Below, in pieces: positions 53,013-62,311 of a DNA stretch of 64,000 bases. The notes under the pieces are model-generated. The model saw only the letters and a program-made list of their open reading frames with translations, was not told where the DNA came from and ran no database searches. The translations under genes were made by a program, and so were the position numbers. Within the stretch, counting starts at the first letter, position 1; the number at the start of each line of letters is the position of its first letter. The DNA is from an uncultured Actinomycetota bacterium (GTDB taxonomy: Bacteria > Actinomycetota > Actinomycetes > Mycobacteriales > SCTD01): contig CAWDYD010000005.1 of assembly GCA_963806415.1 (NCBI GenBank), positions 2,326,115 to 2,390,114 on the forward strand, given 5' to 3'.

Positions 53013-53486
53013 TCAGGTGCCTGCCGGGCCGGGAGGTGCGCGCCCGCGCAGGGCGACGAGGTCGGTGCGCGGGGCGGCGGGGGTGGGCGGCCGCGGAAGC
53101 CGCCCGAGCAGCCGCGGCGGGCCGGCGAGCAGGGCGACCGCGGGCAGCCACGCCGGCGCCGGGCCGGTCGCCGCGGCGGTACGGGCTGCGTGTCCGGACA
53201 GCACGGCCGGGAACGAGGAGGGGCCGTGCGCCTGCGCGCGGCCGGCTTCTGCGCGGACGCCGGACGGCGCCGCCATTCGAGCGGTGGCCGCTCCGGCCGT
53301 CGAAGCCGCCGGCGAGCGCGCGCTCACGGTCCGTGCGGCCTGCGGACGGTCGCCCGGCTCGTAGCCCTGGGCGCCGGTGGCGGTGCCGTGCAGGAGCCCG
53401 GCGACGACGAGCAGCAGAGGCAGCAGGAGACACAGCCACGCCACGCGTGCGTGGCGGGGCAGGCCGGGCTGCGCGGTCTGCGGCAT
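53013..53486 (-). CDS. hypothetical membrane-anchored Ala/Pro-rich protein upstream of secDF
   Basis: MPQTAQPGLPRHARVAWLCLLLPLLLVVAGLLHG (one TM segment), then a low-complexity region. No domain or convincing RBS was found, so it may be spurious. Confidence 0.35.
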   Translation of the reverse strand: MPQTAQPGLPRHARVAWLCLLLPLLLVVAGLLHGTATGAQGYEPGDRPQAARTVSARSPAASTAGAATARMAAPSGVRAEAGRAQAHGPSSFPAVLSGHAARTAAATGPAPAWLPAVALLAGPPRLLGRLPRPPTPAAPRTDLVALRGRAPPGPAGT

Positions 53487-53640
53487 ACGGCAGCCTAGGC
53501 CGTGCCGGCGGTCCCAGCCAGGCGCCGGACGCCTGGCCGACTACCGGTCGACCGAGGAGGCGGCTCCCGGTGCCTGGCCTGGGCCCGGCGGGGCCCGACG
53601 CGGTCCGGCTCTGCCGCCACGTCCCGGCCCGTTCTGCTAG

Positions 53641-53668
53641 TTGACATCGCCTACTACCTGGCTACGCT
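53641..53668 (+). promoter_or_regulatory. promoter TTGACA-16-TACGCT giving a leaderless padR transcript
   Basis: ttgaca at 53641-53646 and tacgct at 53663-53668. The ATG of the PadR gene begins 7 nt after the -10 (53675), so there is no room for an RBS. Confidence 0.6.
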
Positions 53669-53674
53669 CACCAC

Positions 53675-54028
53675 ATGCCCGGCGGCTACGACCCCCAGCT
53701 CCTCAAGGGAGTGCTGAGCCTGGTGCTTCTTCACGTCCTGGCCGAGCGGGAGTCCTACGGCTACGAGGTGGTGCAGCGCCTGCAGGACCTCGGCCTGCAC
53801 GACCTCGCCGCCGGCACCGTCTACCCGGCACTGTCCAGGCTGGAGCGCGAGGCGTGGCTGGCGTCACGCCTGGTGCCGTCCGAGGAGGGCCCGGCCCGCA
53901 AGTACTACCGCCTGACACCCGCGGGGCACGACACGCTGCAGGCCGGCGTCGCCCAGTGGCTGTCGCTCAGCGAGCTCGTCTCGCAGCAGCTGTCCCGACC
54001 TGTCCGTCGTCCCGCGAAGGGGGACTGA
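53675..54028 (+). CDS. PadR family transcriptional regulator
   Basis: LLKGVLSLVLLHVLAERESYGYEVVQRLQDLGL..AAGTVYPALSRLEREAWLASRLVPSEEGPARKYYRLTPAGHDTL. Confidence 0.9.
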   Translation: MPGGYDPQLLKGVLSLVLLHVLAERESYGYEVVQRLQDLGLHDLAAGTVYPALSRLEREAWLASRLVPSEEGPARKYYRLTPAGHDTLQAGVAQWLSLSELVSQQLSRPVRRPAKGD

Positions 54029-54031
54029 CCC

Positions 54032-54586
54032 ATGTCCGACCTGTCCGTGCTGGACCGGCTGCGCCTCGAGCGCGTCGTCTGGAGCCTCGACCAGCGGCTG
54101 TACGACCTGCCTCGCGCGACCCGCATCGCCCACCGTCGCGAGCTCCGGGCCAACCTCCTGGTCGCGGCCCGCGACGTCGGCACGACCGCGGCGCTGCGCG
54201 ATCTCGGCGACGCGGCGCGGCTGGCCGCTGACTACCGCGAGGCCGCGTTCGGAGCCGGGCCCCGCCCGTCCTGGTACGCAGCGGCGGTCTTCCTCCTCAC
54301 GACCGTGCTGTTCCTGACCTCGCTGCTCTTCGACGCCGCGAGGGCGTTCGGTGACGGCATCCTCGCGGCCGACCCCGGTGCTACCGGCACCTTCCGGTGG
54401 CCGGGCATCGCGTACCTGCAGAGCGAGGTCACCTACCGGGTCGCGGACGGCAGGCAGGACGTCGTCGGCGGCGCCTTCACCCCGCTCACCTACCTGCTCC
54501 TGCTGGCGGGCAGCGTCGCGATCGGGCGCCTGTGGAGGGCGTTGCCACGCCGGCGGCGGCGCGCAGAGGTCGGTCGAGCGGCCTGA
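54032..54586 (+). CDS. hypothetical membrane protein co-located with padR
   Basis: The ATG lies 4 nt after the padR stop. N-terminal helical part, then TM segments WYAAAVFLLTTVLFLTSLLF and LTYLLLLAGSVAIGRLW. Confidence 0.6.
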   Translation: MSDLSVLDRLRLERVVWSLDQRLYDLPRATRIAHRRELRANLLVAARDVGTTAALRDLGDAARLAADYREAAFGAGPRPSWYAAAVFLLTTVLFLTSLLFDAARAFGDGILAADPGATGTFRWPGIAYLQSEVTYRVADGRQDVVGGAFTPLTYLLLLAGSVAIGRLWRALPRRRRRAEVGRAA

Positions 54587-54693
54587 CGTGCGCGCAGCGC
54601 GGGCGCGGCGGCAGCGCTGACGATCCGGACGTTCGACTCTGGGAGCCCCCTGGTCACGGCGCGAGGCTGGAGCGACCGGCTCAGGAGGGTTCG

Positions 54694-55035
54694 ATGAGGG
54701 TCTTCGTGCACACCGACCAGAACATCGCCAGCGACGCAGACGAGGAGCGCCGCATCGAGGAGCACCTCGCGAACGCGCTCGGCAGGTTCACCGAAGAGCT
54801 CACCCGCGTCGAGGTGCACCTTCGCGACCAGAGCGCCGGCAGGAGCACCGGCGACGACATCCACTGCCTGCTCGAGGCGCGCCCGGAACGCCAGGACCCG
54901 GTCACCGTCAGCCACCAGGCAGCGACGCCGGCGGAGGCGCTGGGCGGGGCGACGCAGAAGCTGGAGGCGCTGCTCGCCCGCAAGTTCGACCGGCTCGCCG
55001 AGAAGGACCGGCGCGACACCATTCGCGGTCACTGA
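54694..55035 (+). CDS. HPF/RaiA family ribosome-associated protein (short form)
   Basis: AGGAGGG RBS. MRVFVHTDQNIASDADEERRIEEHLANALGRFTEELTRVEVHLRDQSAGRSTGDDIHCLLEARPERQDPVTVSHQAATPAEALGGATQKL. Confidence 0.75.
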   Translation: MRVFVHTDQNIASDADEERRIEEHLANALGRFTEELTRVEVHLRDQSAGRSTGDDIHCLLEARPERQDPVTVSHQAATPAEALGGATQKLEALLARKFDRLAEKDRRDTIRGH

Positions 55036-55129
55036 CGGCACCTGTACGCACGGACGCGCCGGTGCCGCGCGACGGCCCCAGGCCTGGCGAGACGGGCGCC
55101 TGGTTCCCTGAAGCCATGGGCCTTGCCGC

Positions 55130-56182
55130 ATGACCCCGGTCCGGATCGACGTCGTCGTGGTCGGAGCCGGCATCGCCGGGCTCAGCGTCACGTCCGCGCT
55201 GACCGCCGCCGGCCTGCGGGTGCACTGTCTGGAGGCCCGCGACCGGGTCGGCGGCCGGCTGCTCTCGGTGCCCGCCGACGGCGGCGGCCGCCTCGATCTC
55301 GGGGCCTCGTGGTTCTGGGCGGGGGAGCACCGGGTGGCGGCGCTGGCGCGGCGGTTCGGGCTCGAGACTCACGCCCAGCACCTGGCCGGGGACGCGGTCT
55401 ACGACTCTCCCGACGGCGCCCAGCGGCTCCAGGGCAACCCCGTCGACGTGCCTGCCTGCCGCTACAGCGGCGGGGCGCAGGCGCTGCCGGAGGCGCTGGC
55501 CGCAGCGCTCCCCGAGGGAACGGTGCGGCTCGGCAGCCCCGTCGCCGGGGTGCGGGGAGAGGGCGACGGCTCGGGTCTGCGCGTGGAGCTCGACGACTGC
55601 ACTCTGCTCGCCGGGCACGTGGTGCTGGCCGTACCGCCCGCGCTCGCCGTCGCCTCGATCGACCTTCCCGACCTCGCGCCCGACGTCCGCGCCCTCGCGG
55701 CGCAGGTCCCGGTCTGGATGGGCTCGACCACCAAGGTGGTCGTGGAGTACGGCTCGCCGTTCTGGCGGGAGGCGGGGCTGGCCGGGGCGGGGGTCAGCCA
55801 CCTCGGCCCGCTCCGGGAGCTGCACGACCTGTCCGGCCCGGACGGCTCGCCGGCCGCGCTGTTCGGCTTCGCCCCTGGCGCTGCCGGCGCCCCGGCGGTG
55901 CAGGCGGGCGACGTCGTCGCGCAGCTGGTGCGGATGTTCGGGCTGAAGGCCGCGGACCCGCTGCAGGTACTGGTCCAGGACTGGCGTACGCAGACCTGGA
56001 CCTCGCCGGCCGGGGTGGAGCGCCTGGGCGCGCACCACCTGTTCGGCTCCCCGCTGCTGGCCCGGCCCGCGCTGGCCGGACGGCTGCACTGGGCCGGCAC
56101 CGAGACGAGCGTGCAGAGCCCCGGCCACGTGGAGGGCGCGCTCGCCGCGGCGGAACGAGCGGTCGCGGCGGTGCTGGCGTGA
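55130..56182 (+). CDS. flavin-containing amine oxidase family protein
   Basis: VVVVGAGIAGLSVTSALTAAGLRVHCLEARDRVGGRL, GASWFWAGEHRV, LHWAGTETSVQSPGHVEGAL. Intact 350 aa. Confidence 0.85.
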   Translation: MTPVRIDVVVVGAGIAGLSVTSALTAAGLRVHCLEARDRVGGRLLSVPADGGGRLDLGASWFWAGEHRVAALARRFGLETHAQHLAGDAVYDSPDGAQRLQGNPVDVPACRYSGGAQALPEALAAALPEGTVRLGSPVAGVRGEGDGSGLRVELDDCTLLAGHVVLAVPPALAVASIDLPDLAPDVRALAAQVPVWMGSTTKVVVEYGSPFWREAGLAGAGVSHLGPLRELHDLSGPDGSPAALFGFAPGAAGAPAVQAGDVVAQLVRMFGLKAADPLQVLVQDWRTQTWTSPAGVERLGAHHLFGSPLLARPALAGRLHWAGTETSVQSPGHVEGALAAAERAVAAVLA

Positions 56183-56250
56183 GCCGGGAGCGACGCCGGA
56201 CCCCGGAGGCGGCCCGGAAGCATCACGGCACGGATCGGGTTGTCGGCGAC

Positions 56251-57033
56251 ATGACCGCACTCGCCGACAAGGCCGCCGCCCTGCTCGCCCTGCACACCGC
56301 CCCCGAGATCCTCGTCCTGGCCAACGTCTGGGACGTGGTGTCGGCGCAGGTGGTCGCGTCGACCGACGGCGCCAGGGCCCTGGCGACCGCCAGCCACTCG
56401 ATCGCCTCGACCTTCGGCTACGAGGACGGCGAGAACATCCCGCTCGAGCTGCACCTGGACATGGTCGCCCGCATCGTGCGGGCCGTGGACCTGCCGGTGA
56501 CGATGGACTTCGAGGCCGGGTACGGCGACGCCGGCGAGACGGCCCGCCGCGCGATCGAGGTGGGCGTCGTGGGCGCGAACCTCGAGGACCAGATGAAGCC
56601 GCTCGACGAGTCCGTCGCCGCCGTCGAGGCGGTCGTACGGGCCGGGCGCGACGCCGGCATCGACTTCGTGCTCAACGCCCGTACGGACACCTTCGTCCGC
56701 GCCGCGAAGGACGCCGACCGCAGCGAGCTCGTTCAGGAGGCGGTGGCTCGCGGGCGGGCCTACCTGGAGGCCGGCGCTCCCGTCGTCTTCGTCCCCGGCG
56801 CCGTCGCCCGCGACGAGATCGCCGCCCTGGTCGACGGCCTGGGCCGCAACAAGCTCACCGTCATCAGCGTGCCCGGCGCCTCGCTGCCGGCCCGCGAGCT
56901 GCAGGAGCTCGGCGTCGCCCGCGTCTCGACCGGGCCGTTCACCCAGCGGGTCGCCCTGACCGCGCTGCAGGACGCCGCCCGGGAGATCCTGGCCGGCGGC
57001 GTGCTGCCGGAGGGGACGCGCGCGCTGAACTGA
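56251..57033 (+). CDS. isocitrate lyase / PEP mutase family protein
   Basis: LVLANVWDVVSAQVVASTDGARALATASHSIASTFGYEDGENIP..LPVTMDFEAGYGD..VGANLEDQ..FVLNARTD. Confidence 0.85.
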   Translation: MTALADKAAALLALHTAPEILVLANVWDVVSAQVVASTDGARALATASHSIASTFGYEDGENIPLELHLDMVARIVRAVDLPVTMDFEAGYGDAGETARRAIEVGVVGANLEDQMKPLDESVAAVEAVVRAGRDAGIDFVLNARTDTFVRAAKDADRSELVQEAVARGRAYLEAGAPVVFVPGAVARDEIAALVDGLGRNKLTVISVPGASLPARELQELGVARVSTGPFTQRVALTALQDAAREILAGGVLPEGTRALN

Positions 57034-57179
57034 GGCGCCGCAACGTGACGGCCGGCGGCTGGCGTGGGTCAGTCGTCCATGGACCGTCCGGACGGGGTGG
57101 CGGCAGCGGCGACAACGTCGGGTCGTTCCGGTTCTGAGGTGCGGACGTAGCGCCGGCGCTGTCTCGTTACTGTCACCGT

Positions 57180-57446
57180 GTGAGTGATGACGTGCCAGGC
57201 GGGGTGGTGCACGAGCTTCCGGACGACCTGCGCAGTGCGCTGCTGACGAACGCCACGGCCTTCGACGCCTGGAACGACATCACGCCTCTCGCCCGCAACG
57301 AGTTCATCTGCTGGGTCGAGGATGCCAAGCAGGCGGCGACACGAGCCCGCCGTGTTCGCCGCACCCAGGAGGAGCTGGAGGAGGGCCAGCGTCGGCCCTG
57401 CTGCTGGCCCGGGTGCAAGCACCGCGAGCGCACCGGCAGACCATAG
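57180..57446 (+). CDS. YdeI/OmpD-associated family protein (short)
   Basis: LPDDLRSALLTNATAFDAWNDITPLARNEFICWVEDAKQAATRARRVRRTQEELEEGQRRPCCWPGC. Confidence 0.7.
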   Translation: MSDDVPGGVVHELPDDLRSALLTNATAFDAWNDITPLARNEFICWVEDAKQAATRARRVRRTQEELEEGQRRPCCWPGCKHRERTGRP

Positions 57447-57603
57447 GTATCGGACTGCTTGATGTTGCCCCTGGGCGCTACCGGCCGGCTGGTGCCTGAC
57501 GGTGCCATCCCGGGAAGCCCCCTGGTGGCCGTTGCCGCGGACCCGAGCGGGCGGGGCCGCACGCCGCGCTCGGTCCTGGCACGGGACGCCGGCTGAAGAG
57601 CTC

Positions 57604-58032
57604 CTACTCCTCGCTCGCCGACCAGCCGGTGAACCTGGTGACGCGGCAGACCAGGACGCGGTGGAACGGCTTGTCGGCGTACTGCGGCACCGCGGTGGCG
57701 AGCCGCTCGGCGAGCTCGTCGAGAAGCGGCTGCGGCGGGTCGGCGACGTGCTCGAGGTCGGCTCGCACCCACCACAGGCGCGACCAGTCTCCGGCGTCCC
57801 AGTGGTCGACGAGCAGGGCGCCCCGCGGGTCGGCCTCCAGGTTGTTCTCGCGCTGCAGCCGCGAGGACGCCTTCGGCTTCACCTTGTCGATCGGCACGCC
57901 GACGTGGCCGTCGGCGCTGACGGCGTAGACGACTGGCTGGGGGTCGGGACCGCGTTCGGGGTGCAGGGTGGCGAGCACGCCGTGCACATGCCCGGCCAGG
58001 CGGCGGCGTGCCTCGTCCGCGTCGAGCCTCAT
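57604..58032 (-). CDS. PPOX-class (pyridoxamine 5'-phosphate oxidase-like) F420-dependent oxidoreductase family protein
   Basis: MRLDADEARRRLAGHVHGVLATLHPERGPDPQPVVYAVSADGHVGVPIDKVKPKASSRLQRENNLEADPRGALLVDHWDAGDWSRLWWVRADL. Only the last 143 codons of the 896-aa listed ORF are coding. Confidence 0.75.
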   Translation of the reverse strand: MRLDADEARRRLAGHVHGVLATLHPERGPDPQPVVYAVSADGHVGVPIDKVKPKASSRLQRENNLEADPRGALLVDHWDAGDWSRLWWVRADLEHVADPPQPLLDELAERLATAVPQYADKPFHRVLVCRVTRFTGWSASEE

Positions 58033-58137
58033 GCGACCTCCGGGCGGTGTCAGGGCCTGGCCGCAACGTACGGCGACGGGCGTTGCTCTGCCAGGGTCCG
58101 TGCGGCAACATCCGCGCACGCGAGGGAGGGAACGTTC

Positions 58138-59664
58138 ATGAACCTGGCGGCCTGGGTGGAGCGCAACGGCAAGCGGCTGCGGGGCCGGCCCGCTGTTGCC
58201 GAGGGCGAGCGGGTGCACGCGACCTGGGACGCCTTCGCGGCGCGGTGCGCGGCGGTCGCCGGCGGGCTGCACCGGCTCGGCCTGGCGCCCGGGGAGCGCG
58301 TGGCCGTCGTGATGCGCAACCGCCCCGAGTACCTCGAGGCCCTGTTCGGCGCCTGGTACGCCGGCCTGGTCGCGGTGCCCGTGAACGCCCGGCTGCACCC
58401 CGACGAGATCGCGTACGTGCTCGACCACAGCGGCAGCCACGTCGTCGTCACGGACGCCGAGCACGCCGACGACGTCGTCCCCTTGGCCGGGCAGCTCGAC
58501 CGGCTGCGCACTGTGGTGGTGGCGCCCGGGCCCGACTGGGACCGGCTGGCGGGCGGCTCGACGTCCCCGCTCGTCGAGCGGGCTCCGTCCGACCCGGCCT
58601 GGCTCTTCTACACGAGCGGCACGACGGGCCGGCCGAAGGGCGCGACGCTCACCCACCGCAACCTGCTGATGGCCTCGCTCAGCTACTTCGCCGACCTCGA
58701 CCACGTCGCACCCTCCGACGCCGTGCTGCACGCGGCGCCGCTCTCGCACGGCTCGGGTCTGTACGGGCTGCCGCACGTCGCCCGCGGCGCGGTCAGCGTC
58801 GTGCCCGAGTCCGGTGGGGTCGACGCCGGCGAGCTCGCGACCCTGCTCGAATGCTGGTCCGGCGTGACGATGTTCGCCGCACCCACCATGGTCAGGCGCC
58901 TGACCACCGAGCTCGCCGGCCCGGACCTTCCCGGTCTGAAGCAGATCGTGTACGGCGGCGCGCCCATGTACCTCGCCGACCTGGAAGCGGCGCTGGGTGT
59001 CTTCGGCCCGCGGCTCGCGCAGATCTACGGGCAGGGCGAGACACCGATGACCATCACCGGGATGTCGCGGGCCGAGCACGCGGACCGGGACCACCCGCGC
59101 TGGCGAGAGCGGATGCAGAGCGTCGGCTCGCCGCGTACCGACGTCGAGGTCCGGATCGTCGACGAGCGCGACGTGCAGGTGCCGGTCGGCGAGCCGGGCG
59201 AGGTGGTGGTCCGAGGTGACGTCGTCATGGCCGGGTACTGGGAGCAGCCGGAGGCGACGGCCGAGGCGCTGCGCGGCGGCTGGCTGCACACCGGCGACAT
59301 CGGTTCCTTCGACGAGGACGGGTTCCTGACGCTGCGCGACCGCTCGAAGGATCTGATCATCAGCGGAGGCATGAACATCTATCCGCGGGAGGTCGAGGAG
59401 GCGCTGCTCTGCCACCCGGCCGTGCGCGCCGCGTCCGTGGTCGGGCGGCCGGACCAGGAGTGGGGCGAGGCCGTCGTCGCGTTCGTCGTGGCCGACGGCG
59501 CGCCACCGCCCGAGGCGGAGCTGGACCGCGCCTGCCTGGACCGCATCGCCCGGTACAAGCGGCCCAAGGAGTACCGCTTCGTCGACGCGCTGCCCACCAG
59601 CAGCTACGGCAAGGTGCTCAAGCGCGAGCTGCGGGAGCTGCTCCGGACGGAGGGGGCGCCCTAG
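58138..59664 (+). CDS. AMP-binding acyl-CoA ligase family protein
   Basis: [90 protein letters not shown]. Intact. Confidence 0.9.
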   Translation: MNLAAWVERNGKRLRGRPAVAEGERVHATWDAFAARCAAVAGGLHRLGLAPGERVAVVMRNRPEYLEALFGAWYAGLVAVPVNARLHPDEIAYVLDHSGSHVVVTDAEHADDVVPLAGQLDRLRTVVVAPGPDWDRLAGGSTSPLVERAPSDPAWLFYTSGTTGRPKGATLTHRNLLMASLSYFADLDHVAPSDAVLHAAPLSHGSGLYGLPHVARGAVSVVPESGGVDAGELATLLECWSGVTMFAAPTMVRRLTTELAGPDLPGLKQIVYGGAPMYLADLEAALGVFGPRLAQIYGQGETPMTITGMSRAEHADRDHPRWRERMQSVGSPRTDVEVRIVDERDVQVPVGEPGEVVVRGDVVMAGYWEQPEATAEALRGGWLHTGDIGSFDEDGFLTLRDRSKDLIISGGMNIYPREVEEALLCHPAVRAASVVGRPDQEWGEAVVAFVVADGAPPPEAELDRACLDRIARYKRPKEYRFVDALPTSSYGKVLKRELRELLRTEGAP

Positions 59665-59745
59665 GGTCTGGACGAGCGCCGTCCGACGGGTGTGGGATGC
59701 CTCACACCGGGCCCGCCTGGGCCCCCGGCCGCGTCGGAGGACGCC

Positions 59746-60732
59746 GTGAAGCTGGCCCTGTACCTGCCGAACTTTCGAGACCACGTCACCGTCGCGGAGC
59801 TCTCGGACCTGACCGACCTCGCCGAGGAGCTCGAGTTCGACAGCGTCTGGACGCTCGACCGCATCATCGTGCCGGAGGCGTCCGACCGCGGTGAGCTGAC
59901 GCACCCCTTCGGGATGATGGAGCAGTTCCCGCTGCAGATGCCCGTCGTCGCCAGGGGCAAGTGGTTCCAGGGGTGGCCGTTGCTGCCCTGGCTCGCCGCG
60001 AAGACCAAGAAGGTCCGCATCGGCATGAGCATCACCGACACCCCCTACCGCTCGCCGGGCGTCTTCGCCGCCGAGTGCGCCACGATCGACCACCTGTCGG
60101 GCGGGCGGCTCAACGTCGGCGTCGGGGCCGGCTGGATGCCCGAGGAGTTCGCCGCCGCCAGCGCGACGCACCTGTTCCCGCGGCGGCACGCCCACCTCCG
60201 CGAGACCATCGAGATCTGCCAGGGGGTCTGGCAGAACGAGCTGTTCGAGTACCACGGCGAGTTCGCCGACTTCGAGCCGTCGGGCTTCGGCCACCAGCCG
60301 CTGCAGAAGCCGTTCCCGCCCATCTACTTCAGCGGCCTCAAGGACGCCAAGCGCTCCGCCAACCGCGTCGCGAAGTACGGCCTGTCGGGCTGGATCGGCA
60401 TCCAGGACTCGCCGGCCGAGCTGACCGAGTGGCGCACCGCGATCGCCGCCGAGCTCGAGGAGAAGGGCAAGAGCATCGACGACCTCGACATGTGCTCGAT
60501 GATCTGGTTCACGATCACCGACACCGAGACCGACCAGACCGACAACCGCAAGGTGTCGAACCTGCTCGTCGGCACCGAGCAGCAGATCACCGACCGTCTC
60601 AAGGCCTACCAGGAGGCCGGGCTGACGATGCCGCTGCTGTGGCCGCCGTTCCGCGACGTCCCGGTGTCCAAGACGCTCGACGACCTCAAGCGGCTCAAGA
60701 ACGACATCATGCCCAAGGTCGAGAGCGGCTGA
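59746..60732 (+). CDS. LLM-class (luciferase-like) flavin/F420-dependent oxidoreductase
   Basis: VKLALYLPNFRDHVTVAELSDLTDLAEELEFDSVWTLDR..IGMSITDTPYRSPGVFAAECATIDHLSGGRLNVGVGAGWMPEEF..QKPFPPIYFSG. Start GTG 59746 after GGAGGA. Confidence 0.82.
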   Translation: MKLALYLPNFRDHVTVAELSDLTDLAEELEFDSVWTLDRIIVPEASDRGELTHPFGMMEQFPLQMPVVARGKWFQGWPLLPWLAAKTKKVRIGMSITDTPYRSPGVFAAECATIDHLSGGRLNVGVGAGWMPEEFAAASATHLFPRRHAHLRETIEICQGVWQNELFEYHGEFADFEPSGFGHQPLQKPFPPIYFSGLKDAKRSANRVAKYGLSGWIGIQDSPAELTEWRTAIAAELEEKGKSIDDLDMCSMIWFTITDTETDQTDNRKVSNLLVGTEQQITDRLKAYQEAGLTMPLLWPPFRDVPVSKTLDDLKRLKNDIMPKVESG

Positions 60733-60738
60733 GCCGCG

Positions 60739-61683
60739 TCAGGCGGGGGCGAGCGCCTCGAGCACCCGCTCGGTGTACGCCCGCGCCTGCTCGGCGTCGA
60801 CGCCGGGAGCCACCACCCGTGCCGAGAAGTTGAGGTCGAAGAAGACCTCGGACGCACCCAGCGCTGCCGCGCGGGCGACGTCGGCCTGCACCTCGCTGAC
60901 GGTGCCGGTGAACGGTCCGCGGCGGGGCGCATCGAGGTCCGGCACGGCGCGCACGACGATGCGGACCGCGCCCGGGTCGCGGCCGGCCTCGCGGGCTCCG
61001 TCACGCACGTGCGCAACGGCCTGGTCCAGCGTCGCCAGGTCCTGCCTGGTGCTGCTGATCCAGCCCTCGGCGAGCCGGCCGGCCCGGCGCAGCGCAGCGG
61101 GTGCCGCCCCGCCCAGCAGGACCGGGGGATGCGGGCGCTGCACCGGCCGCACGCCGAGGCTGGCGCTCGGGACGGGGTAGAGCTTCCCGTCGAACCCCTC
61201 CGGCTGCTGCGCCCACAGGGCGTGCAGGCAGTGCAGGTACTCCTCCATCCGGGCACCGCGGCGCCCGAACGGAACGCCGGTCGCCTCGTACTCCTGCGGC
61301 ATCCAGCCACTGCCGATGCCGAGGGTGAAACGCCCACCGCTGAGCACGTCGAGCGTCACGGCCGCCTTGGCCAGCACCACGGGCGCGAGGAACGGCGCGC
61401 AGACGGTGGCGCTGCCGAGGCGGATGCGCTCGGTGTGCCCCGCGACCAGGGCCAGCGGGAGCAGGGGGTCGTGCACGGCGGCGTAGCTCGGGTCGTCCAC
61501 CGGCAGCGCCGAGGGGTTCGCGCCCTCGCCTCCGCCGGCGGTCGGCTGCAGCAGGCGCTGGAACGTCCACAGCGCGTGGTACCCGAGCGCCTCGGCGCGC
61601 CGGGCGACGTGCAGCATCGTCGCCGGCGTCGCCCAGCGGCCGGACACCGGCAGGCCGAACCCGAGCAGGGGCAGATCGCTCAC
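60739..61683 (-). CDS. LLM-class F420-dependent oxidoreductase
   Basis: LGFGLPVSGRWATPATMLHVARRAEALGYHALWTFQRL..VTLDVLSGGRFTLGIGSGWMPQEYEATGVPF..QRPHPPVLLGG. Intact 314 aa. Confidence 0.85.
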   Translation of the reverse strand: MSDLPLLGFGLPVSGRWATPATMLHVARRAEALGYHALWTFQRLLQPTAGGGEGANPSALPVDDPSYAAVHDPLLPLALVAGHTERIRLGSATVCAPFLAPVVLAKAAVTLDVLSGGRFTLGIGSGWMPQEYEATGVPFGRRGARMEEYLHCLHALWAQQPEGFDGKLYPVPSASLGVRPVQRPHPPVLLGGAAPAALRRAGRLAEGWISSTRQDLATLDQAVAHVRDGAREAGRDPGAVRIVVRAVPDLDAPRRGPFTGTVSEVQADVARAAALGASEVFFDLNFSARVVAPGVDAEQARAYTERVLEALAPA

Positions 61684-61726
61684 CCCGCGACTGTGACACC
61701 TGCAGAGGTGTCGTGACCGACGCGCC

Positions 61727-62311
61727 CTACGGCCGGACGCCGCCGCGGTCGGGCGTCCGGCCGATGAAGCCGAGCAGCTTGCTCTGCCAGTCGGCGCTGT
61801 CGGGCACCGGCACCTTCGGGCCGTACTGCCCGCTCTGCCGCAGCACGTCGTCCATCGGGAGCATGCCCTCGTACAGCAGCCGGCACCGGTCCTCGTCGAG
61901 CCGGTCGTCCTGCCCGGTTGCTCGTGCGAGGTCCCAGGTGTGCATGAAGACGTCGCTGGTGTAGAACCGCGAGATCGCCTGCGACAGCGGCATCTCGGGC
62001 AGCATCGGGTGGGCGAACCTGCGGCTCGGCGTCGCCGGGTCGTCGAGGAGCTCCTGCACCGCCCGGGCGTGGTGCTCCCACGCGGCGAGCGGATCGTCGT
62101 CGACCGACGGCCCGGGCGGCAGGCGGACGTCGGCGCCGCCGGCCAGGAACGCCGGGAACCAGTCGAGCAGGTGCCGGACGACGTCGCGCGCCGTCCACCC
62201 GGGCACCGGCGCCTGGGCGTCCCACGTCTCGGGGGCCGCTGCCCTGACCCGGTCGGCGAAGGTGCCGGCGATGCTGCGGTGCTCCGCGGCCGGCTCGGTC
62301 GGGATGCTCAC
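61727..62311 (-). CDS. DinB/MDMPI-like (TIGR03086-type, mycothiol-dependent enzyme fold) protein
   Basis: IAGTFADRVRAAAPETWDAQAPVPGWTARDVVRHLLDWFPAFL..VFMHTWDLARATGQDDRLDE. The GTG overlaps the upstream stop (GTGA). Confidence 0.7.
   Translation of the reverse strand: MSIPTEPAAEHRSIAGTFADRVRAAAPETWDAQAPVPGWTARDVVRHLLDWFPAFLAGGADVRLPPGPSVDDDPLAAWEHHARAVQELLDDPATPSRRFAHPMLPEMPLSQAISRFYTSDVFMHTWDLARATGQDDRLDEDRCRLLYEGMLPMDDVLRQSGQYGPKVPVPDSADWQSKLLGFIGRTPDRGGVRP

Noticed and set aside
53013-53486. Treating the ORF upstream of secDF as a confident gene
   Set aside because: It is kept only as a low-confidence feature. Apart from one hydrophobic segment it is Ala/Pro/Arg low-complexity, has no clear RBS, and could be a chance ORF in GC-rich DNA.
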